From assembly GCA_003210735.1 (NCBI GenBank), contig QCUM01000007.1, positions 2,745 to 66,744 on the forward strand: 64,000 nucleotides of DNA, given 5' to 3'. Numbering within the stretch: position 1 is the first letter of the stretch; every line of letters begins with the position of its first letter. Shown piece by piece: positions 34,589 through 44,263 of the stretch. Under the pieces are notes generated by a model. That model saw only the letters and a program-made list of their open reading frames with translations, searched no databases and was not told the origin of the DNA. This DNA comes from Synechococcus sp. AG-679-D13. GTDB taxonomy: Bacteria > Cyanobacteriota > Cyanobacteriia > PCC-6307 > Cyanobiaceae. The position numbers were made by a program, and so were the translations under genes.

Positions 34589-35764
34589 CTACAAAGCCAG
34601 GGTTGGCGGTTCGGCTTTAAACGGCAGGTCCGCATTGATGGCCTCGATCTCCTGCTCCATCAGTTCATTCACCTTGGGCAACCAGGCCCGGATCAGGCCG
34701 CTCATGCGGGGTTGATACCAGCGGTGCAGGCTGGCATTGGGGAGGGCTACAAAACCCCGACGCCGTTTATGACTACCACCGGCGCCTGGATCAAAATGAT
34801 CGAGGCCCTGCTCAATCGCCCATTGAATCGGGGCGTAGTAGCAGACCTCGAAATGGAGGCAATCGATCTCCTCCCTACTGCCCCAGTAGCGGCCCCATAG
34901 GTGGTGGTCATCCTTTACGCACATCGACATTGCCACCGGATCGCGTGGATCACCGCGATGAGCTGAAAACAACACCACCTGATCGCGATGAACAACAGCT
35001 AGAGCCTCAAAAAAGCTTTCCTCGAGATACTTACTACCCCAAGGCCCCCAGCGAGCGCAATGCTGTTGATAGAAGCGATGCATCGTCTGGAAGAGACCCA
35101 GATCCAGCTGCTCGCCGGTGAGCGGTGTAACGGTGAGTCCAGCCTTGGCAACCGCCTTGCGCTCGCGCTTGATGTTGCGGCGCTGGTTGGCATTGAACCG
35201 TTGCAGATAGTCATTGAAACTGCGATCTTCTCCGCGGCTCCAAAGGCTCTGCTGATTCAGCCAGGTGGCACATCCAGCCGCTTCCGCCAAGGGGCGCCAA
35301 TCGGGATCTACATAGAGAAAGTTGCAGCTGAGAATGCTATTTTTCTCGCAGAATAAGTCGATGACCCGCAACATCTCGATGGTGAGAGCGGCTTCATCTT
35401 CACCGGAACGGACATGGAATCGGTAGCCCAGCACAGGGCTCACCGGACTCATACCAAGCAGCTTGGGGTAGTAGCGCAGGCCAAGATCACTGGCTAATCG
35501 CGCGAATGTCTGATCAAAAACAAACTCGCCATAGCTGTGGCCTTTCAGATAGAGCGGTGCAACCGCGATCGGACAATCACCTCGCCAAATGGCAAGATGC
35601 AGCGGCTGCCATCCCTGATCAGGGGCGATGCTGCCGGATCGCTCAAGGGCATCAAGCCAATCCCATCGATAGAAAGGAATCGCATCTCCCCCAACCAATT
35701 CCTGCCATTGCTGCTCAGGAATTTCACTGATCGAACGATGCCAGCGGACGGTTACGCCAGTCAT
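34589..35764 (-). CDS. FemAB-like GNAT protein (DUF482 family)
   Basis: PLYLKGHSYGEFVFD, RRNIKRER, LWGRYWG and LHFEVCYY motifs. Confidence 0.88.
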   Translation of the reverse strand: MTGVTVRWHRSISEIPEQQWQELVGGDAIPFYRWDWLDALERSGSIAPDQGWQPLHLAIWRGDCPIAVAPLYLKGHSYGEFVFDQTFARLASDLGLRYYPKLLGMSPVSPVLGYRFHVRSGEDEAALTIEMLRVIDLFCEKNSILSCNFLYVDPDWRPLAEAAGCATWLNQQSLWSRGEDRSFNDYLQRFNANQRRNIKRERKAVAKAGLTVTPLTGEQLDLGLFQTMHRFYQQHCARWGPWGSKYLEESFFEALAVVHRDQVVLFSAHRGDPRDPVAMSMCVKDDHHLWGRYWGSREEIDCLHFEVCYYAPIQWAIEQGLDHFDPGAGGSHKRRRGFVALPNASLHRWYQPRMSGLIRAWLPKVNELMEQEIEAINADLPFKAEPPTLAL

Positions 35765-35822
35765 ATTGGCGGCGCTGCGGACAGACACCGCCGAATAATA
35801 ACGAGGAGCAAGATGGGAATGC

Positions 35823-36281
35823 TCAGGCCAGGGGGTCAGCGGCGAAAGTGATTATTTTGTTCCCATAATCAATACTCAAGTCATCAACATCAACCCCCTT
35901 TACAACTGCTTTCACGTCGTCACCCTTGGTTAGCCAAACATTTTTACCTCGCTGTTCCAAAACTGCGGACGCGCAACCGCAAAACTCTATCTTGTCACCA
36001 ACTTCAAAGTCCATGATTTTGACATAGCCTTCTTTTGGATTATTTACACTGCCGTTTTCAGTGACAAAAGTATCATTACCCTTGCCTCCCCAAGCCTTAT
36101 CTTTTCCAGTCCCTGAGGTAATGATGTCATCACCACCTCCACCCTTGATTTTGTCATTGCCCTCAAAAGTGCTGATGACATCGTCACCACCCTTTCCGAT
36201 CGCATAGTCTTTGCCAGAAGTTCCAATCAGCTCATCAGCACGCTTGGAACCTCTCACCTTGTTCTTTTTGTTCTTAGCCAC
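35823..36281 (-). CDS. Small RTX (hemolysin-type Ca-binding repeat) protein
   Basis: Nonapeptide repeats GKGGDDVI, TFEGNDKI, GGGGDDII, SGTGKDKA, GGKGNDTF, then IMDFEVGDKI; AT-richer than its neighbours. Confidence 0.85.
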   Translation of the reverse strand: MAKNKKNKVRGSKRADELIGTSGKDYAIGKGGDDVISTFEGNDKIKGGGGDDIITSGTGKDKAWGGKGNDTFVTENGSVNNPKEGYVKIMDFEVGDKIEFCGCASAVLEQRGKNVWLTKGDDVKAVVKGVDVDDLSIDYGNKIITFAADPLA

Positions 36282-36378
36282 TGTTAAAAGTCAATCAAGT
36301 AAAACTCATCGGATCATAAGAGAAAACAAGCGAACTCCATCCCCCAAATGGGGGAGAGCGGGCACTCTCATCAACCTC

Positions 36379-37053
36379 TCAGTCGCGCTGACGTCTGTAT
36401 CGGACCAACACCTCCTCGCCCCCAAGACTCTCAGTCCCCTCAAAAACCCATGCACCTTGCCGGGCCAGGGCAGCTGGCATCACCCGTTGATCAGCAGGCA
36501 CCCAACTGTGCTCGCCACCCAACAAGGCCGGTACAAGGGTGAGCTGCAACTCATCCACGACATCCGCTCGAAGCATGTCCGCCACCAAGCCTGCACCCCC
36601 CAACAGCACAAGCCTCTGAATGCCATGAGAGGCAAGGGCCTGAAGCCGTTCCGTCCAAGTCTGGGCCAATGGCACCCATTGTTCAAAACCCTGCAAAGGG
36701 GCTGAAGGTGCCAGCAGCCAGCGCCGCAAAGGTTGCTGAAAAAATCGCCAGTGCTGGGGGAAATCCGCTTGATGGCTGACCACAACAGCCGCAGGCTGGG
36801 GCGGACGCCCCTCAACAACACGACTCTGCTGAAGCTGAGGATCCCGGATCAAGCAGGTGCACTCATGGGCACGCAGGGTTCCAGCGCCAATCAGGCAGGC
36901 ATCAGCCCACACCAGGGACTGCTCGAGAGCATGCCGATCACCATCTCCCCCCAACTGAGCTGCCCCGCCTTCGGGGGGTGCCAGTCGACCGTCGATGCTG
37001 ACGGCCAGTACGAGGCGCACCCAGGGGACACCACAGGGGTCAGCCAGCTGCAA
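36379..37053 (-). CDS. Stand-alone RibD C-terminal (DHFR-like) reductase
   Basis: AVSIDGRL, LIGAGTLR, LLGGAGL and DELQLTLVPALLGG motifs; no deaminase domain. Confidence 0.85.
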   Translation of the reverse strand: MQLADPCGVPWVRLVLAVSIDGRLAPPEGGAAQLGGDGDRHALEQSLVWADACLIGAGTLRAHECTCLIRDPQLQQSRVVEGRPPQPAAVVVSHQADFPQHWRFFQQPLRRWLLAPSAPLQGFEQWVPLAQTWTERLQALASHGIQRLVLLGGAGLVADMLRADVVDELQLTLVPALLGGEHSWVPADQRVMPAALARQGAWVFEGTESLGGEEVLVRYRRQRD

Positions 37054-37960
37054 CGGCTTCCAAACCGGCTGGAGTCATCTCCAGCTGAGGAACTTCGGCA
37101 TACACCTCTGCCGCGTTATTGGGGCTTTCCTGCAAGCGCACTTTGTGCAAATTGGCGCCGATGGCCTTGATCGGAGCCGACAGTCGATCAGCAATGTGCA
37201 GCGCAATGTTCTCCGCCGTCGGCACACACTCGGAGAAGAACGGGACGTCCTTGTTGAGGAACGTGTGATCAAACGGCTCAAGCACCAGGTCGTCGACCAG
37301 GCGTTGAAGAGCTGACAAATCACACACCATGCCGCTGCGGGGATCGATGGCGCCGCGCACCGTCACATCCACAAGGTAGTTGTGACCATGACCGTGGGGC
37401 CGGGCACATTTGCCGTAAATGGCTTCGTTCTCCTCCTGGCTCAACTCGGGGCGAGCAAGACGATGGGCGGCGGCGAAGTGAGAGCGGATGGTGAGAAAGG
37501 CTTCCATCGGATGTCCGAGATAGTCGGCCCAGAGGCCCGGTTGTTCGTAAAGACGCAATGCCGTAATCGGCAGATGTGGGCTGAGTCGCTGCCAAATCAC
37601 CCGAATCAGCGATTCGGTGGTGGGCAGGCAACCATCAGGAGTGGAGACGTCAAATTCCGGCCAGGCCTCGTTAAGGAAGCGGAAGTCCAACTGACCAGTG
37701 ACCTCATGGCGGATGGCGTGCTTCACCTCCGAGAGATTGAGCACCATGCCGTCGGTATCGAGCTCGCCTCCCATGGAGACGATCAGTTCGTAATTGTGAC
37801 CATGTCCTGGAGCAAGCGCACAGGGCCCGAAGCGAGCGGCGTTGTCGTCGGCAGACAACTCCGGCAACCAGTAACGGTGGCTGGCACTGAAACAGGCCCG
37901 CCTGGTGATCACACAGCCGCGGCCGAGGCCATGCCGTGCGTTCAACTTCGTTTCAGTCAT
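37040..37960 (-). CDS. Two-domain 6-pyruvoyl-tetrahydropterin synthase (PTPS/QueD family)
   Basis: Duplicated T-fold: FSASHR...[11 protein letters not shown]...PTTE and FAAAHR...[11 protein letters not shown]...PTAEN. Confidence 0.9.
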   Translation of the reverse strand: MTETKLNARHGLGRGCVITRRACFSASHRYWLPELSADDNAARFGPCALAPGHGHNYELIVSMGGELDTDGMVLNLSEVKHAIRHEVTGQLDFRFLNEAWPEFDVSTPDGCLPTTESLIRVIWQRLSPHLPITALRLYEQPGLWADYLGHPMEAFLTIRSHFAAAHRLARPELSQEENEAIYGKCARPHGHGHNYLVDVTVRGAIDPRSGMVCDLSALQRLVDDLVLEPFDHTFLNKDVPFFSECVPTAENIALHIADRLSAPIKAIGANLHKVRLQESPNNAAEVYAEVPQLEMTPAGLEAVAAG

Positions 37961-38010
37961 GTGACGTTCCGGCCACGCGTCATCCTAATGAGCTACCGCC
38001 GAATTCGAGC

Positions 38011-38586
38011 ATGGTGGATTCCACTCTTACCCTCAAACAACGCCTAGGGGGACGAAGCGTCTACCTGATTGGAATGATGGGTAGCGGCAAAACCAGCACC
38101 GGCCGTCCTTTGGCCGAAAGGCTTGGCTATGGCTTTGTGGACGCAGACGCTGTGATCGAACAGGCAGCCGGCTGCAGCATTGCCGAAATGTTCCAGCGCG
38201 ACGGTGAACCTGAATTTCGGGCACTGGAAAAACAGGTGCTCAACTCAATCAGCCAGCGCCACTCCCTGGTGGTGGCGACCGGCGGCGGAGTGGTGACGCA
38301 GAGGGAGAACTGGGGGGTATTGCACAGCGGCATCGTGATCTGGCTGGATGTGGTTCAGGAGCAGCTGCTGAGGCGGCTTCAAGCCGACAGAACGGTGCGC
38401 CCCCTGCTGCAAACAGCCGATCCGGAAGCCGCGTTGAACAAGCTGCTTGCTGAACGAAAAGCGCTTTATGCGGAGGCGGATCTCACCGTTGTCATCGATG
38501 ACGAGCCACCGGAAGCCATCGCTGATGGAATCGTTCAGTTACTACCAGGACTTCTGAAAGACCCGACCCAGCGCCCTGGCGACTGA
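38011..38586 (+). CDS. aroK: Shikimate kinase
   Basis: [28 protein letters not shown] and RPLL motifs. Confidence 0.95.
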   Translation: MVDSTLTLKQRLGGRSVYLIGMMGSGKTSTGRPLAERLGYGFVDADAVIEQAAGCSIAEMFQRDGEPEFRALEKQVLNSISQRHSLVVATGGGVVTQRENWGVLHSGIVIWLDVVQEQLLRRLQADRTVRPLLQTADPEAALNKLLAERKALYAEADLTVVIDDEPPEAIADGIVQLLPGLLKDPTQRPGD

Positions 38587-38587
38587 A

Positions 38588-38620
38588 GACTGGCGACTGG
38601 CGACTGGCGACTGGCGACTG
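38588..38620. repeat. Heptamer microsatellite (GACTGGC) x4.7 between convergent aroK and CRR7
   Basis: gactggc gactggc gactggc gactggc gactg read directly. Confidence 0.92.
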
Positions 38621-38629
38621 AGAACAGAA

Positions 38630-38893
38630 TCAGCGGTTCGGCAGCTCCAGTCGCACGGCAAACCACTGCAATGTCACCCCGGGGCTGAGCTCGAGATCGC
38701 AGGCCGTATCTAGCAAGCGCTGGGCAGCGGCCGTCAGATCAGACTGACCAGCCAGATCCGCCGGGAGTTCATCCAGCTTGCGCAACCAATCGGTTAACCA
38801 TGTCAGTGTGTCGGCGGCGCTGAGCAGCTGCTGCGGTTGGCCTGGCTCCAGCACCACATAGTCATCAAGTGCACGGATCAGGGGGTCGGACAT
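38630..38893 (-). CDS. Chlororespiratory reduction 7 (CRR7), NDH-1 assembly factor
   Basis: MSDPLIR..D.YVVLEPG...LLDTACDLELSPG.TLQWFAVRLE. Confidence 0.85.
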   Translation of the reverse strand: MSDPLIRALDDYVVLEPGQPQQLLSAADTLTWLTDWLRKLDELPADLAGQSDLTAAAQRLLDTACDLELSPGVTLQWFAVRLELPNR

Positions 38894-39569
38894 GGGACGA
38901 AGCTTTTTGACATTGCTGATCGGCATCACCATCCTGATGAACTGCGGGCCTTGCTGGGCCAGCCAATCAAGCCCGTTGAGTCAACGACTTGAAGAATGGC
39001 CGGAGTGGCGCAAACCAGCTCAGCTCCCAAGGCCAAAAAACAACGATGACTTGGTGTATCCCACTTGGTTTGAAGGCCTGTGGCACATCGACAACCAAGA
39101 CCTCGATGATATTGATGCTGAGCAAATTCAACATCAAGCACGTTTCCAGCCAGATGGCCAAGGCCGAATGGTGGGTGACCGGGCTTTCAATGCTCTCTCG
39201 ATCGGTAAAGCCCTGCTCGGAGAACAACTGCTACGCGTGGAAGACGATCCAAACTCTGCCAATGATCAGATGGCTCAACTCAAGGGTGGTTTGAGATTGG
39301 AAACGAGAGTCATCAGTCGAGACCAATCAACACCTGACAACAATACTTTTCTCTCGGATGAAATCGTGCTCCAGATCCTGCACAGGCCAGGCCCTCCGAG
39401 ACTCAGCCAAATTGAAACCCTGAGTCGGTATCAACGTAGTAGCAATCGGAACATCAACGGAGAGCAATGGCAGGCTGTCTACCCGCCACCTGGACAATCC
39501 ACCTCTGAAAATTCCATTAAATTTCATCATTTCAAACTAATCATGCAGCGTGAAGAGAGCGAAAACTGA
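38892..39569 (+). CDS. Conserved cyanobacterial exported protein (DUF6816-like)
   Basis: Signal peptide; DLVYPTWFEGLW and VGDRAFNA motifs. Confidence 0.7.
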   Translation: MGRSFLTLLIGITILMNCGPCWASQSSPLSQRLEEWPEWRKPAQLPRPKNNDDLVYPTWFEGLWHIDNQDLDDIDAEQIQHQARFQPDGQGRMVGDRAFNALSIGKALLGEQLLRVEDDPNSANDQMAQLKGGLRLETRVISRDQSTPDNNTFLSDEIVLQILHRPGPPRLSQIETLSRYQRSSNRNINGEQWQAVYPPPGQSTSENSIKFHHFKLIMQREESEN

Positions 39570-39666
39570 CTGCCAGTCAAAATTTACTTCAAGAAAATTG
39601 AAATAACTTGCACACCCCAGAGAAAATTACTAAAAATAGTGATAACCAAAGAAAGTTTCTCAGGCA

Positions 39667-41871
39667 ATGAAAAAGCCAGCGGTCTGGGCCCTTTGTTTCC
39701 TACTGTCGTTTGCTTTCGTTCACCTACCTCTCTATCCAACGCACGCTGAAACAAGCGACGAATCAATAGACCCAATAAATAGCAGTCAGGTCAGACTTGT
39801 TGAGCAACCTTTTTATCCTGAGCTGCAAAACATATCCAATCGCTGGGACAGGTCATACATGGGCCAAGCGCAGGGCAAAACGCCTAAATACACCCTGCTC
39901 AATTTCTATGGCGTGATGGCCAAAGTAGCGTCGAAAATAGAATCCGTCAGCGCGAAGGCGAAAACCGAGCCAGGGATTGGCTGGAGCAAAGAGTCAAAAC
40001 AAAAAATCAAGGAAGCTGAGCTGCTTTTTGCTTCAGCCGTTGAATCCCTTGATGGCTCCTCCATCCCTGAAAGCACACGCCCTGACCGAAAAGCAGAAGC
40101 AGCACTAAAGCTGAAAGAAATCCTGGATTATGCCCTAGACAACTCCAGGCCCAACCTCGAGATCCCGAATCATTCAGAGTATCAAGACTGGAGGCTTCCC
40201 TCGACAGGAATTCACCTGGCCAAAGGAAAGAACAACCAAGAGTCATCCTTAGAAGATGAAGAATACTTTTTCACGCCGGAAACGATAAGGAATATTCCAA
40301 GAATGTATAACTTTGTCAAACAGCCCAGCAAAAAGCTGCGTCGAAATGAATTCACGACACCAAACCTTTACAACCAATACACATACACACCAGGTCAGCT
40401 TGTTCCACCCAAGTGGTACTTAAAGCTACCTCTAAAAATTCGTGCTCTTTTCGAGCATCCAATAGGAGAGCAAAGCCTTCTTCAGATCAGCCTTGCCTTG
40501 GTCGTGACAATCATCTACGTTCCAATTGTTTTCCTATTAACTAACAAGTTTCTATCCACTTTCAAGCATTCAAAAGGAGGACAGAAAACATCTATCTGGC
40601 TCGCCGACAATAAAGCATGGGGGCGCCTTGCCTATATTGCCCCGATACCACCGCTCTCGTCATTCTGCAACTATTTACTAGGCCAACAAATCAACATCAC
40701 TAACTTTTGGCTAGAAAAATCGGCACTCGCATTAGATATTGTATTTTACGTTTCGCTTGGTCTATCAATATTGCTTCTGTTTGAAGCACTTGGCAGATCA
40801 AGTTCTGAATGGATTCTCAGCTTTAGAAATAGCAATTCTGAGGTTGAACTTAAAAGAATCAACAATATAATTCTCCCCTCTTGTCGATTCTGTGGAGCAA
40901 TCTCAAGCATCGGCTTGATGTACGCCCTGTTGATTCGGATCGGACTTCCCCCGAGCACCGTCTTGGCATTTTCAGCAGTCCCCGGTTTGGCCATTGGCCT
41001 GGGAGCGCAACGAATACTTGGCAACCTTTTTTCTGGTATTTCCATCCAAACCGATCGCCCCGTCCGCATTGGCGATTTCTGCAAAGTCGACAACCAGGAA
41101 GGATTCGTCACCAGAATTGGTTTGCGTTCTATTGAACTTTCGACCTTTTCCGGTCGGGTCACAATTCCAAACAGCACGTTTGATTCAGCGACCATTCAAA
41201 GCTTCTCAAAACCGGTTTCATCAAATATTGAACAAATCGATTCAGACTCAATCGGGCAAAATATTGAGCTCCAATTAGAAATGCCGTCTGGACTTGGTAT
41301 TGGCCATCTAAACTCTATTATTGACCGTATTAAAGACTATGCCGCAAGTCAAGATGGTATCAGCAAGATCAGCTGTAGTTTCTGTGAAGATAAAAATGGA
41401 GGCATCGTTCTTTCAATTACCGCTCTCTCCAAAACCAATCAAGAATGGGAGAAATATCTAAGCATTCGTCAAAAGCTGGTTTCCGAAATTCGCTTAATTG
41501 TCGCCCTAATCAAAAACACGAAGCAAACAATTTCTGTTGGACGGCAAACAAAGCCAGAGCTTATTAAGCAGATCCCAAGCATTATTGAAACCTTAATAAG
41601 CGAAGATCCAAGACTATCAATGAGTTATTGCCGTTTGAGCTCAATATCAGACTATAGCTTAGACTTTGTTTTTAATATGAACACAGAATACGAAGGCATT
41701 GGAGATTTTCTAGATGCCGTCGCAATACTCAAACAAAAAATTCTTCAATCTTTTGCTGGCTATGGAATTCATATTCCTTATCCAACATCAGTCGAGCTGG
41801 ACAGAAATCCATTCGAAAAAAATGATCCTAAAAATGCTTTAGGAATGAACGAGCCAGACTACACAATTTAG
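39667..41871 (+). CDS. Large MscS-family mechanosensitive channel with a periplasmic N-domain
   Basis: Signal peptide; AVPGLAIGLGAQRILGNLFSG..DRPVRIGDF..EGFVTRIGLRS..TIPNS; ends IPYPT; AT-rich. Confidence 0.9.
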   Translation: MKKPAVWALCFLLSFAFVHLPLYPTHAETSDESIDPINSSQVRLVEQPFYPELQNISNRWDRSYMGQAQGKTPKYTLLNFYGVMAKVASKIESVSAKAKTEPGIGWSKESKQKIKEAELLFASAVESLDGSSIPESTRPDRKAEAALKLKEILDYALDNSRPNLEIPNHSEYQDWRLPSTGIHLAKGKNNQESSLEDEEYFFTPETIRNIPRMYNFVKQPSKKLRRNEFTTPNLYNQYTYTPGQLVPPKWYLKLPLKIRALFEHPIGEQSLLQISLALVVTIIYVPIVFLLTNKFLSTFKHSKGGQKTSIWLADNKAWGRLAYIAPIPPLSSFCNYLLGQQINITNFWLEKSALALDIVFYVSLGLSILLLFEALGRSSSEWILSFRNSNSEVELKRINNIILPSCRFCGAISSIGLMYALLIRIGLPPSTVLAFSAVPGLAIGLGAQRILGNLFSGISIQTDRPVRIGDFCKVDNQEGFVTRIGLRSIELSTFSGRVTIPNSTFDSATIQSFSKPVSSNIEQIDSDSIGQNIELQLEMPSGLGIGHLNSIIDRIKDYAASQDGISKISCSFCEDKNGGIVLSITALSKTNQEWEKYLSIRQKLVSEIRLIVALIKNTKQTISVGRQTKPELIKQIPSIIETLISEDPRLSMSYCRLSSISDYSLDFVFNMNTEYEGIGDFLDAVAILKQKILQSFAGYGIHIPYPTSVELDRNPFEKNDPKNALGMNEPDYTI

Positions 41872-43184
41872 AAACCCTCACAGAAGAACAGCCAATCCTT
41901 TCTCACTTGCTTGGCATATGATTGCGCAATTCTTGTGGTAAAAATAGCAAATTCCTCCTCTCTGTCCCGCGCAATTCGGTTGATTGTTGCCTCAAAAACA
42001 TACTGATCAAGGGAGTGATTTAGCCTCCTGGCAGCACGTAGATGCTTAGTCGCCATTATTATTGCCCATTGACTTGCCATTTGATAATATGTTTTTGGCT
42101 TTTCTATTTTTTCAGTCGGGAAATCATTTTTGAAAGGAGAGCGTTCACGAACAGAGAAAAATTCACCATCAAGGCTCAACCAGCCAAGATTTTGATCAGG
42201 AAACTCGGCGAGCGCTTTATAAGCCTCCGAATGACGATGCGCGTGATTTTCAAAATTATATTCATATTCCCTGATTTCTTCATCACTCAAATATGAAAAA
42301 GCTGTCGGCTGACCTTGCTGTTTAACATCAAGAATGAGATCGTCATAAGCATTATCAGTATTTCCTGCAATTAAAATGTAGTAGCGCTTTAATCCCACAG
42401 AACCTGTTCCAGCTCCTCGACGCTCAGAGATATCAAGAATCTTGTTATGTGTATCACTGACGGCGGATAATTCTTTGGGAGTTGTTTTTAAATACTCTTC
42501 AAAAGCTTGCCTTAGCTTATCCTTAGTCTCAGCATCAGCCGTGAGTAGCTTGCCTTCAATATTCCGAAATTTTCTGACGTTGTCTTCGCTGACCTCAGTC
42601 CATTTATTCAACATCCGCTCTCTACTATATTTCTTTGAAGTCTTCGCTAAAAATTTAGCAAGCGGTTTGCACGTATTATGCTGATTAAACGAGGCCGAAA
42701 ATAGATCGACTCTTTCGTAGGAAGAGATGGTTTTCAAATAAGTTTTAGCAAAAATGTGAAGAGCTTGATTGAGTTCTTGCTCTTTAATTCTCTTGTTTTG
42801 CCATGCATCCAGAACCATACTGGTTGCAAACCTCCAGATATCATATTGATAATCTGCAACCAGAGAATCATCGTAGTCGTCAAAACCAAAAGCAACATTG
42901 CCGGAATTATTTAAGTAAGCCCCCATGTTGTAAACGTGGGCATCTCCCTCCAGCCATGTCCGGGAAAAAGAACTCCCACCAAAGCGATTAATTTGCCAAT
43001 CTCCAGCAAAATCGGACCAAAAAATATGGTTCGACCCCCTGAAAAATGCATAAGGATTATCCTTCATTTTGGCAAACTTTTCCTGCCTAAATGGCATTTT
43101 TACGTTAAGATTATGATGTTCAATTGCCTCATGGATTTTCCCTTTTCTATCGTAGCTCTTCGACGTAAATATGATGTTTTTCAT
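41868..43184 (-). CDS. DUF2252-family protein (kinase-like fold inferred)
   Basis: PYAFFRGS, GDAHVYNMG, FDDYDD, DIWR, GTGSVGLKRY and ILDVKQ motifs; AT-rich. Confidence 0.85.
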   Translation of the reverse strand: MKNIIFTSKSYDRKGKIHEAIEHHNLNVKMPFRQEKFAKMKDNPYAFFRGSNHIFWSDFAGDWQINRFGGSSFSRTWLEGDAHVYNMGAYLNNSGNVAFGFDDYDDSLVADYQYDIWRFATSMVLDAWQNKRIKEQELNQALHIFAKTYLKTISSYERVDLFSASFNQHNTCKPLAKFLAKTSKKYSRERMLNKWTEVSEDNVRKFRNIEGKLLTADAETKDKLRQAFEEYLKTTPKELSAVSDTHNKILDISERRGAGTGSVGLKRYYILIAGNTDNAYDDLILDVKQQGQPTAFSYLSDEEIREYEYNFENHAHRHSEAYKALAEFPDQNLGWLSLDGEFFSVRERSPFKNDFPTEKIEKPKTYYQMASQWAIIMATKHLRAARRLNHSLDQYVFEATINRIARDREEEFAIFTTRIAQSYAKQVRKDWLFFCEGF

Positions 43185-43272
43185 TGATATTTGGCGAATT
43201 AACCCTTGTTAGCAATCAAATAAATTCTGGTTAAGAACTCAATATTTTTTTACAAGCATCTGCTGACAATCC

Positions 43273-43998
43273 TCAAACTTCTTCCAGCGTCCGCTCCATC
43301 AGTCGGAGCTCGAGTTGATCACGCCACTGGAACAGCGGTTGCAACTTGGGATGATCACTCAAGCCAGGTACCCCTCGTCCTGCAAGAGCCGCACCGGAGG
43401 ACGCAGGGAAACGGAGCAGCGACAGCTGGGCCGCCACAGCCAGATCCGCCAGGCTCATCGCATCACCCACCAGCCAGGGAGCTGCCTGCACCGCCATCGA
43501 TAGCTGCTCAAGACTTGCAAGCAGTTCAGCCCGCTCGTTCTGGTTCACAAGTTCCGTCACATTGCTGACCCAACCACCGGGGATCGCACCCATCACTCTG
43601 CGGACCGGATCGGGCAGATCATCCGGGAGCAAAGCCACCCTCAACTGCGGATCCAGAGCTGCCGCCTGCACCAAGGCCACGCGCACAGCTGCCGCAAGTG
43701 TTGTATCGGCCCAATCTTCAAGCAGCCGGACCTGCGCAGCCTGACGTGGGTCAGCTGGAACGAGGGACGGATCAACCCCCCGCTTCTCAAGGTGAAGAGC
43801 GATCGCGGTGGAGTCGGCCAACACCGTTTCGCCATCCACCAGGACGGGCACCTGCCGCTGTCCAGACAACCGGAACACCGCCACCTGACCGACGCCTGGG
43901 GTGATCTCAACGGTGCGGTAGCTCAGCCCTTTGGCCTGCAGAACCATCCGCACTTTCAGACAAAAGGCGGAATGGCGAAATTGATGCAGTTCCAACAT
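43273..43998 (-). CDS. Glutathione S-transferase family protein
   Basis: [21 protein letters not shown] and SLADLAVA motifs. Confidence 0.92.
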   Translation of the reverse strand: MLELHQFRHSAFCLKVRMVLQAKGLSYRTVEITPGVGQVAVFRLSGQRQVPVLVDGETVLADSTAIALHLEKRGVDPSLVPADPRQAAQVRLLEDWADTTLAAAVRVALVQAAALDPQLRVALLPDDLPDPVRRVMGAIPGGWVSNVTELVNQNERAELLASLEQLSMAVQAAPWLVGDAMSLADLAVAAQLSLLRFPASSGAALAGRGVPGLSDHPKLQPLFQWRDQLELRLMERTLEEV

Positions 43999-44056
43999 GG
44001 CCAATCGATCCACGGGCCCGGCAGAGTAGCCAGCAGATTCCAGCGCTCGCCAGACC

Positions 44057-44263
44057 ATGCGGGAGTTTTTCGTCAACGTCACCCGCTATCCCCGCTATCT
44101 GGTGGCTTTCACCCTTGGGGTGATGTCGTCGGTGGTGGAACCGCTGGCGGCCCGTCGCAGCAATCCGGTCACCGCCGTGGCTCTCATCGGAGCTGCCATC
44201 AGCGGAAGCATCAGCCTTACTCTGGTGTTGCGTGCCATGGTGAGCGGAGCACCGATGGCGTGA
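44057..44263 (+). CDS. DUF751-family protein
   Basis: [12 protein letters not shown]...LRAM motif; upstream of rbfA. Confidence 0.85.
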   Translation: MREFFVNVTRYPRYLVAFTLGVMSSVVEPLAARRSNPVTAVALIGAAISGSISLTLVLRAMVSGAPMA

